A DNA stretch of 7,348 nt, taken from the IMG/VR virus record IMGVR_UViG_2509276001_000001. The stretch is one strand, 5' to 3'. The position numbers were made by a program, and so were the translations under genes. Positions within the stretch are counted from its first letter, which is position 1. Every line of letters starts with the position of its first letter. This DNA comes from an uncultured virus (IMG/VR IMGVR_UViG_2509276001_000001) (lineage: Duplodnaviria > Heunggongvirae > Uroviricota > Caudoviricetes). This document shows, piece by piece, positions 1 to 7,348 of the stretch. The notes beneath the pieces are model-generated. The model worked only from the letters and a program-made list of their open reading frames with translations. It was not told the origin of the DNA and ran no database searches.

Positions 1-2172
1 GTGAGTAAGTCCAAACCAACCGACGACGTCATCCTCAGCGAACAGGATTCGTTGGTTTTGCATCAGTTGCGAATATTGGAATGGCTGGATCAATCCGGCC
101 GCTCCAAACCCAAGACTGACCAAATCAATGATACCGCTGAACCGCTCGTCGTCGAAATTCCACAACGATGGGATTTGACGCAAGGCATCGAGCCTTACGA
201 GTGGCAAAAGACTTGCATTGCGAATTGGTTTGACAACGATGGTCGCGGTACCGTGAAAGTCGTGACCGGCGGCGGCAAGACGCTACTCGCACTGACGGTC
301 GCGCAAGAGCTTCAAAACACCAAAGAGCCTGATCTGTACCTGGCCATCGTGGTGCCAACGATTGTCCTGATGCACCAGTGGCGAGACGAGCTGATCGAAA
401 AGGGCAACCTTCCCCCTGAGGCAATCGGTCGATTGGGTGGTGGCTACGACGACACCATCGGCGGACACGTTCGAATACTGATCACCGTTCTAGCATCAGC
501 CTCCAGTCGTTTGTCAAAGGCAGTCAGCAAGGCTCGCGTGAGCAATCGTTTGATGTTGATTGTCGACGAGTGCCATCGCAGTGGATCCAAGGATATGTCC
601 AAGGTATTCGAGACGGACCGATCGTATTCGCTCGGTCTGTCAGCAACGCCAGAACGCGAAGACGATGTCGACGCCGGATACGACGAATCAAAGGTCGGCC
701 AGGCTCTCGGCAAGATCATTTACGAATTCAATCTGATCGACGCTCTGCGCGAAGGCTTGGTGCCAAAGTTCACGATCAACCACTATGGGCTTTCTCTGAC
801 CAAAGCGGAGCGATCCAAATACGAGGACTATTCTCGTTCAATTACCGACGCGATGTCCAAGCTCAAAGAAAAGCATCGCTCGTCCCGTTCCAAGGGCGAC
901 TTCTTTTCTTGGGCCAGAAGTTACGCCACTCGTAATTCTGGCGAGCTGGGTGGCGTCGCGATGCGTTTCATCTCAGATTCGTCGCGCCGCCGCGAATTGC
1001 TCAACCGAATGGACGCAAGGCACTTGGCTGTGGAGGAATTGTTGCAGCGGGAGTTCAAGATCAATCCGGATGCTCGCGTGATCTTGTTTCACGAGAGTAT
1101 CGACGAGGTCATGGACCTCTTTAGGCGGCTTCGCGAAAAGGGATTGCCTGCGATTGCCGAACACAGTGAATTGCCGGGTTCGATTCGCGAAACAGGACTC
1201 GATCTATTTCGTAGAGGTATCGCGAAGGTCATCGTTTCCGCTCGGTCACTGATCGAGGGCTTCAACGTGCCGGCGGTCGATGTCGGAATCATCGTCGCGT
1301 CCTCCGGGTCGGTACGACAACGCATTCAAAGCCTCGGGCGCGTCCTGCGACGCCACCGTGGGGCCGATGGCGAAGAGAAAACTTCATGCATCTACGTCCT
1401 TTATGCTTCCGATACGAGCGAGGAATTCCTCTACAGCAAGCACGATTGGGACGCGACAACGGGTGTCGAACAGAACCGCTACTTCAAGTGGGATCTGAAA
1501 TCAGAACCGGTCCTGCAAGACGGCCCGCCACGAACACCATTGCCAACCGAGTCTCAGGTTGACAAATCGAGCCTTGAGCCTGGTGGTGTCTATCCGGGTG
1601 CATACGAAGGAATCGAGCTGAGTTGCGATTCGCAGGCCAATATCACCAATGAAGACGGGGAGTTTCTGAAAAAGATTGACGGCTTGTCGGACCAAATCGC
1701 CAAGGTCAAAGGAAGTGCAGGTCGGTTCAAGGTGACGCCAAAGAACCGGTATGTTCTGATCCGGATTCCTTCCAGCGACGGCTGGGAAAATCGTTTCATC
1801 ACGCAACTAGATCAACCGCTACAGTTTGAAAACGCGAGTGCATCAACACAGTCGCTCGATGACATGGAGGATTGGTTACAGTCGGCCGGGATCGGCAGTG
1901 AGTATCCCTTTGGCGATTTGAAACCCACCACCGAATACCGTTTCAAGAGAAAGAGCGGTGGTGTGATCGCTAAGAAGATCAAGGACGGTGAAATGTATGC
2001 GCGCGGCGAAGAGAAGGCGAATGACGCCGAGATGGGCAAAGATGCAGAAACGCTGGTGGCCGCGATCTTGCAGCTTCACACCAAGGGTAGCCCCATCAGT
2101 AAAATCGAAATCAATCGTTTGAATCACGTAATCTATCGGGAATCTGGCAAACTGTTTTTGTTTGCCAGTTGA
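1..2172 (+). CDS. SF2 DEAD/DEAH-box helicase, XPB/Rad25/SSL2-like (ResIII-type N-terminal ATPase + helicase C domain) with a ~200-aa C-terminal extension
   Basis: Q-like motif EPYEWQ, Walker A VVTGGGKT, motif Ia IVVPTIVLMHQW, Walker B DECH, motif III SAT, motif V LIEGFNVP, motif VI QSLGRVLR. The GTG start is at the window edge, so upstream context cannot be seen. The true C-terminus may extend to 2198 (see findings). Confidence 0.93.
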   Translation: MSKSKPTDDVILSEQDSLVLHQLRILEWLDQSGRSKPKTDQINDTAEPLVVEIPQRWDLTQGIEPYEWQKTCIANWFDNDGRGTVKVVTGGGKTLLALTVAQELQNTKEPDLYLAIVVPTIVLMHQWRDELIEKGNLPPEAIGRLGGGYDDTIGGHVRILITVLASASSRLSKAVSKARVSNRLMLIVDECHRSGSKDMSKVFETDRSYSLGLSATPEREDDVDAGYDESKVGQALGKIIYEFNLIDALREGLVPKFTINHYGLSLTKAERSKYEDYSRSITDAMSKLKEKHRSSRSKGDFFSWARSYATRNSGELGGVAMRFISDSSRRRELLNRMDARHLAVEELLQREFKINPDARVILFHESIDEVMDLFRRLREKGLPAIAEHSELPGSIRETGLDLFRRGIAKVIVSARSLIEGFNVPAVDVGIIVASSGSVRQRIQSLGRVLRRHRGADGEEKTSCIYVLYASDTSEEFLYSKHDWDATTGVEQNRYFKWDLKSEPVLQDGPPRTPLPTESQVDKSSLEPGGVYPGAYEGIELSCDSQANITNEDGEFLKKIDGLSDQIAKVKGSAGRFKVTPKNRYVLIRIPSSDGWENRFITQLDQPLQFENASASTQSLDDMEDWLQSAGIGSEYPFGDLKPTTEYRFKRKSGGVIAKKIKDGEMYARGEEKANDAEMGKDAETLVAAILQLHTKGSPISKIEINRLNHVIYRESGKLFLFAS

Positions 2173-2214
2173 ACAAGGGTTTGGAGTTTCCACGTTAAGC
2201 GTCCGGGGGTGTTT

Positions 2215-2913
2215 ATGTCTGTTGCTGAAGTTCAATTTGCCGTCACGGAACCGGTGACCTGGGAAGGGCGTTACGCTCGTGTGCCCGGCGAGGAAACCGT
2301 GTTTCACTTGGTTCACCAAAATGGCCGAAAGTGGCCTGTGATCTACTGGACCACGGATGAAGGCACGGCCACCTGCGCCGCCGTCGCCTGTGCCGCCGCG
2401 GAACGCCTTGCTGAGGCAGTCGGCGCTGCCAAACGAGTGATGGGCGGAGCGTCTGGTGGTAGCTTTGCAATCAACGAGTTCGGGCAAGTCCTGGTGCCTT
2501 CATCGCAAGGCGACGGGACTCGAATGTTGGCCGGACAATTGAAAGGCAAGCTGCTGTTTGAGAATCCGTTCGACCCGGATTCGCCGATTGACTTAAGTGA
2601 TACGTCGGGCCTTCAGCCAGGCGATCCATGGATGCTTCCCTATATTGGGATCCCACATCGACTTTCAGTTCGGCGACAGATTTACTTCTGGCAGCAAAAC
2701 GCTGACGAGGGTTTCAAAGTCCAACCGGACCGGCAAGATGCTGACCTTATTTCCGAGTTGTTGGCGTTTCGCGGCGGTGCCTGCCGATTTATCGTCAATC
2801 CGTTCGGGGTGGTGCTTACCAAACGCCAGGACTTCGATCGCGATGGCTCGTGGCACCCGCACTACATCGGTCAAATCAATCTTCAGAACTGGTTCGCCCA
2901 GGAGGACACATAA
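2215..2913 (+). CDS. Hypothetical protein (232 aa), two copies of an unrecognised module; paralog of 2916..3605
   Basis: GGGGGT Shine-Dalgarno-like site at 2205-2210 before ATG 2215, preferred over GTG 2209. Motifs GGSFAINEFGQVLVP, LAGQLKGKLLF, LQPGDPWMLPYIGIP and YIGQINLQNWF are matched colinearly in the next gene. Confidence 0.85.
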   Translation: MSVAEVQFAVTEPVTWEGRYARVPGEETVFHLVHQNGRKWPVIYWTTDEGTATCAAVACAAAERLAEAVGAAKRVMGGASGGSFAINEFGQVLVPSSQGDGTRMLAGQLKGKLLFENPFDPDSPIDLSDTSGLQPGDPWMLPYIGIPHRLSVRRQIYFWQQNADEGFKVQPDRQDADLISELLAFRGGACRFIVNPFGVVLTKRQDFDRDGSWHPHYIGQINLQNWFAQEDT

Positions 2914-2915
2914 CC

Positions 2916-3605
2916 ATGCCGGAATTTGGAAGATACCTGGGCAACTGCCCGAAGAACGTCGCTAAGGACGCGAAATATTCAGTCCGCACTGGCGAGCGTG
3001 GTCCAGTGGTCGCATTGACCTACAGCACCAATGACGACGAACGTTGGTACATGTCAACCGAGAGTCACGGTGAACTTGTCGCCTTGGTCAACGCGGTGAA
3101 GATATCTGTTTGCGGAAAGCCCAATGGTTCGTTTTACATCAACGAGTACAGCCAGATCATCGTCCCCGTTGTTGGCACCGAGGATTACTACCTAGCGGGT
3201 CAGTACGCCGCACCGTTGCGTTTCGACTTCGAGGGAAAAACGATCAGCGGTGAACCGCTCGACTTAGAGAATCACCCCATCAATCCGGGTGACGAATGGG
3301 TTGGTCCCCATGCCGGCATTCCGTACACGCTGGCCGCTGGTGGCGACGACGTGTACTACCAAATGACGCCGCGCCCGAACGTGACCAAAAAGGTCAAGCT
3401 CAGCAAACAGATCGGTGCTCAGCAAGCCGCGTTGGTCGCAAGCCGAATACGCGACATCAAGGGTTTCAGTGGCGGTCGATTCTACGTCAACGAGTTCAAA
3501 TCCATTTTCACGCCACTCAACGAACAAGGTGAACTCCGATACATCTACGTCGGCCAACTTGAACTCGATAATTGGTTCGAGCAGCCGGGGAGCGAAGCAA
3601 CATAG
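2916..3605 (+). CDS. Hypothetical protein (229 aa), two copies of the same module; paralog of 2215..2913
   Basis: AGGAGG at 2900-2905 precedes ATG 2916 (MPEFGRY...), 2 nt after the upstream stop. Motifs NGSFYINEYSQIIVP, LAGQYAAPLRF, INPGDEWVGPHAGIP, GGRFYVNEF and YVGQLELDNWF. Confidence 0.87.
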   Translation: MPEFGRYLGNCPKNVAKDAKYSVRTGERGPVVALTYSTNDDERWYMSTESHGELVALVNAVKISVCGKPNGSFYINEYSQIIVPVVGTEDYYLAGQYAAPLRFDFEGKTISGEPLDLENHPINPGDEWVGPHAGIPYTLAAGGDDVYYQMTPRPNVTKKVKLSKQIGAQQAALVASRIRDIKGFSGGRFYVNEFKSIFTPLNEQGELRYIYVGQLELDNWFEQPGSEAT

Positions 3606-3667
3606 TGTCTCTCGTTTAGCGAAAAAGATCGCGCAATACAATCCAGCCTTTTTGACGAGCCATTTCA

Positions 3668-3988
3668 ATGCCAATTAGTATCGAGAATGAATTTGACGAA
3701 GCGATGATGGATATTTATCGTCGAGCCGACAGCGAAGCTAAGTACAAGGCGACGCGGTTCTTACAGATGCTTAATGAGCATCGTGGATTAGAAACGGCAC
3801 GGACGCTTCTTCATTCATCCAATGTCTCCGAAGGTTACACCGCCTTGTGGGAACGTGGCAGATTGGATCTGACGGTTGAGGCGCTCGTGCTTCAGACGCG
3901 ATGGGACGAATTGTTCACGGACGACGAGCGAGCACTCGCAAGACGCCGCCTTGAAGAATACGCCTTCGATGTCTCTTCACTCTTGTAG
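3668..3988 (+). CDS. Small, mostly alpha-helical hypothetical protein (106 aa)
   Basis: Clean ORF with protein-like composition. YKATRFLQML...SEGYTALWERGRLDLTVEALVL...LFTDDERALARRRL resembles a widespread conserved hypothetical domain (from recollection, not searched). Confidence 0.8.
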   Translation: MPISIENEFDEAMMDIYRRADSEAKYKATRFLQMLNEHRGLETARTLLHSSNVSEGYTALWERGRLDLTVEALVLQTRWDELFTDDERALARRRLEEYAFDVSSLL

Positions 3989-4083
3989 AGTTGCCGAATG
4001 ATATCGGCGCAATCGCAATCTTGCATCAAACCGTTTCCCGTGCCAAAAATCACCAGCTTCCGAATTAACTGAAAAGGATCATC

Positions 4084-4305
4084 ATGGCGCAGCACAAAGT
4101 TCTAATGACGTTGCCCCCACGAGAAATCAAGCGAGCGGACGCTTCTTTTCAAGTGAAACGGGATGGACGTGTCTTCGGCACGCTCGAAATTTCCAACGGA
4201 TCCGTCGTTTGGTATCCGTCTGGGACAACATACGGTCGCAAGATCGGCTGGAAGAAATTCCACGACATGATGGAAGAATACGCAACAAAATTCGAGACTC
4301 GGTGA
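4084..4305 (+). CDS. Small basic hypothetical protein (73 aa)
   Basis: AAAGGA Shine-Dalgarno-like site just upstream of ATG 4084. Beta-rich pattern (FQVKRDGRVFGTLEISNGSVVWYP) followed by a C-terminal helix. Same orientation as its neighbours. Confidence 0.7.
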   Translation: MAQHKVLMTLPPREIKRADASFQVKRDGRVFGTLEISNGSVVWYPSGTTYGRKIGWKKFHDMMEEYATKFETR

Positions 4306-4384
4306 TCTACGCTGAAACCACGGCCAGGTTCAGGGCACTGCAAGGTTTCAAATCGCAATCGACTTGGGTGGACTTCCTAGCCCG

Positions 4385-4430
4385 ACGAGAAGAAAACGCC
4401 CCTGACTAATTGCTCGGCCAGGGGCGTTTC
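4385..4430 (-). terminator. Intrinsic terminator downstream of rsr, possibly bidirectional
   Basis: Inverted repeat AAACGCCCCTG (4394-4404) / CAGGGGCGTTT (4419-4429). On the - strand the stem extends to a GCAA loop and is followed by TTTTCTTCT. It lies about 16 nt past the rsr stop, between convergent genes. Confidence 0.8.
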
Positions 4431-4445
4431 AGTTCGTCTTTCGAC

Positions 4446-6104
<1,659 letters not shown>

Positions 6105-6118
6105 GTTTGACCTCCTGA

Positions 6119-6175
6119 GTAATGCAGGTTGTTAGCCTGCGTGTGCAGTCGCGGCAGGCTGGCAGCCTGCGCTAC
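6119..6175. repeat. Inverted pair of REP-like (GTAG-type) palindromic units
   Basis: GTAATGCAGGTTGTTAGCCTGC (+, 6119-6140) and GTAGCGCAGGCTGCCAGCCTGC (-, 6175-6154). Each is a GTA(A/G) tetranucleotide plus a GCAGG...CCTGC palindrome, separated by 13 nt. Confidence 0.6.
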
Positions 6176-6181
6176 GACGAA

Positions 6182-6215
6182 GTAAGCGATCCGACGAGGT
6201 AAGCGATCCGACGAG
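6182..6215. repeat. 17-nt tandem duplication GTAAGCGATCCGACGAG x2
   Basis: Exact copies at 6182-6198 and 6199-6215, with a partial CGACGA at 6175-6180. Overlaps the 3' strand of Y-RNA-like gene 3. Confidence 0.95.
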
Positions 6216-6350
6216 GTTTGGTGTAGAGGTGGCTCCCAAATGAGCCACGTCGCCGATTTTTTGACCAGCCAATACGGCTGGTTCTTGATGGACAGCGGCG
6301 ACGAAGGGAATCGAACTCTTATGTACTCCACTCCGGCAGTCGGATCGTGT
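6203..6350 (-). ncRNA. Y RNA-like gene 3 (YrlA-type; degenerate T and D arms, 40-nt insert in acceptor-like stem)
   Basis: Terminal stem CGATCCGAC/GTCGGATCG; CTGCCG-N4-GGAGTACAT motif; T arm AAGAG-TTCGATT-CCCTT (6320-6304); acceptor-like stem CGTCGCCG/CGGCGACG (6303-6296/6255-6248); D-like arm GCTC-ATTTGG-GAGC (6245-6232). Ends approximate. Confidence 0.78.
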
Positions 6351-6422
6351 GACTTGCCACCGCGTGGAAACGCCCCGAACGAAGTGGGGCCGTTTCGCAG
6401 CACGATGGTTTTGTGTTGTTAA

Positions 6423-6558
6423 ATCGAAAAGCACTCGGCGAAGTGGTGGCCAGAGAACCCTTCCGTCTGTTTCCAAGCGGAAGGGGCGGGACTTGAACCC
6501 GCTAGACCTTGCGGTCATTTGCCATGTACTCCGAGCCGGCAGCCGAGTGTGTTTCGAT
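6423..6558 (-). ncRNA. Y RNA-like gene 2 (T arm + acceptor-like stem, no D arm)
   Basis: Terminal stem ATCGAAA..CACTCGGC/GCCGAGTG..TTTCGAT; CTGCCG-N4-GGAGTACAT motif; hairpin GACC-GCAA-GGTC (6516-6505); T arm GCGGG-TTCAAGT-CCCGC (6502-6486); stem CCCTTCCG/CGGAAGGG capped by a GAAA loop. Ends approximate. Confidence 0.8.
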
Positions 6559-6591
6559 GTGTTGTTATCTGTTGAAGTAGTGATGCAAAAA

Positions 6592-6744
6592 ACGCGATCG
6601 ACGAAGTTGTGACCAGAGGGTTTACGGTGCTCTACCACTGAGCTACGGCGCTGCGTTCTTGCGAATAGCAGTTGCGCCGGTGGGACTCGAACCCACGACA
6701 CCCGGCTCCTGAAGCATGTACTCCGAATCGGCAGTCGATCGTGT
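6592..6744 (-). ncRNA. Y RNA-like gene 1 (YrlA-type, complete circularly permuted tRNA mimic)
   Basis: Terminal stem CGATCGAC/GTCGATCG; T arm GTGGG-TTCGAGT-CCCAC (6696-6680) comes BEFORE the acceptor-like stem CGGCGC/GCGCCG (closed by a GCAA-capped extension), then TA and D arm GCTC-AGTGGTA-GAGC (6643-6629). No anticodon loop and no free CCA end. Followed by a T-tract and close to rsr. Confidence 0.88.
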
Positions 6745-6751
6745 GCGCTTT

Positions 6752-7123
6752 CTATTTCGTTTTCTTCTTGGTGGTCTTTCCCATTTGTTTCCAAAGGGAA
6801 CGGCCGTTGTCTCGGTCGAGCCGGACAAGTTGTTGCTGTCGTGTATCGAAAGCGATCAGGTTTCCCTTGGGTCGCTTCGCGTAAACGAATGGCAAGCAAA
6901 CGGCAACGACTTTGTGCGGTTCGCCGGCTGCGTTTGGCAAGTAGCGAAGTCGGACGAGTTCGTCGATGGGTTGCGAGATGCCCGAGCAGCTCCATAAGTA
7001 GGACGGAAGCTCGATGATCTCGCTGAGGATGGTGACGTAGTCACCTTTGGCGATGTCTTCGCCAGCGATCCTGGCCGCGACGGTCGTCACGGTTTTGGAT
7101 CGGTTTTCGGTTGTGGTTTTCAT
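6752..7123 (-). CDS. Hypothetical protein (~123 aa, basic C-terminus) upstream of the Y RNA cluster
   Basis: Protein-like segment EDIAKGDYVTIL...ELPSYLW...GEPHKVVAVCLPFVYAK...QLVRLD. The likely start is ATG 7123 (MKTTTENRSK); the ORF-track extension to 7231 looks non-coding. The stop is about 7 nt from Y RNA gene 1. Confidence 0.72.
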   Translation of the reverse strand: MKTTTENRSKTVTTVAARIAGEDIAKGDYVTILSEIIELPSYLWSCSGISQPIDELVRLRYLPNAAGEPHKVVAVCLPFVYAKRPKGNLIAFDTRQQQLVRLDRDNGRSLWKQMGKTTKKKTK

Positions 7124-7348
7124 GTTTCCGTAATCGTTGGAAGATTGAAATGTGCATGTGTGTTCTCTGTTGAACCGCGAGCTTGGCTTACTCGCGGCCG
7201 GTCGTAATGGCGAAACAGGAATGTAAAACACGCATAGTTCAGTCTCTCGAGACGATTGTGGAAAACGCGACTAACGAAGTGGTTGATCAGAGAAAATGTT
7301 CTGCCAGTTAAACTACGAGCGAACCGAAGCTTGCTCGGTGGAATCGAA

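Noticed and set aside
1..2172. Assignment as a type III restriction Res subunit or a named defence helicase
   Set aside because: No PD-(D/E)xK, PLD or HNH nuclease motif is evident, and there is no methyltransferase or signature partner gene in the window.
1876..2487. 203-aa antisense ORF and other shadow ORFs (e.g. 4528..5088, 3264..3674)
   Set aside because: They lie antisense or out of frame to well-supported genes and have no recognisable motifs.
2850..2915. Longer N-terminus for ORF3 (start 2850)
   Set aside because: It overlaps the conserved end of ORF2, and a strong RBS supports ATG 2916.
6629..6696. Canonical tRNA gene(s) suggested by T-box and D-box sequences
   Set aside because: Arm order is permuted, there is no anticodon loop or CCA end, and the pattern is better explained as YrlA-type RNA.
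6175..6744. CRISPR array suggested by recurring motifs and the 17-nt repeat
   Set aside because: The motifs are short and about 200 nt apart with structured interiors, the 17-mers have no spacer, and no cas genes are present.
6132..6995. 287-aa ORF (-) and the overlapping ORFs 5915..6403, 6349..6612 and 6643..6828
   Set aside because: Arg/Ser-rich, non-protein-like translations that overlap structured RNA genes and a better CDS.
7175..7197. Hairpin CCGCGAG-N9-CTCGCGG upstream of the 123-aa gene as a fourth Y RNA or terminator
   Set aside because: It lacks the GGAGTACAT motif and T arm, and has no good U-tract. Function cannot be assigned.
7291..7306. Possible sigma-54 promoter TGGCAGAACATTTTCT (-), attractive because the Salmonella rsr-yrlBA-rtcBA operon is sigma-54 dependent
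   Set aside because: The -24 TGGCA matches, but the -12 element reads TTTC rather than TTGC, and no activator is visible. Not supportable without start-site mapping.

Overview
Bacterial window, probably from a Planctomycete judging by gene content and style (inference only), with two convergent blocks that meet at an intrinsic terminator (~4385-4430). The left block (+) is a tight three-gene unit: an XPB/Rad25 (SSL2)-like SF2 helicase followed by two paralogous ~230-aa hypothetical proteins. All three genes appear to carry two copies of the same unrecognised ~90-100-aa module (six copies in total), and the end of the helicase's last module lies in the -1 frame after a T5 run. Two small hypothetical genes follow. 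The right block (-) is a Ro60/Rsr (TROVE+vWA) locus. It begins with a 123-aa hypothetical gene, then three tandem Y-RNA-like (YrlA-type) genes with a shared covarying terminal stem but different circularly permuted tRNA-like modules, then an inverted REP-like pair, then rsr. The best candidates for something undescribed are the diversified Y RNA triplet with its small upstream protein and the helicase plus repeated-module operon.
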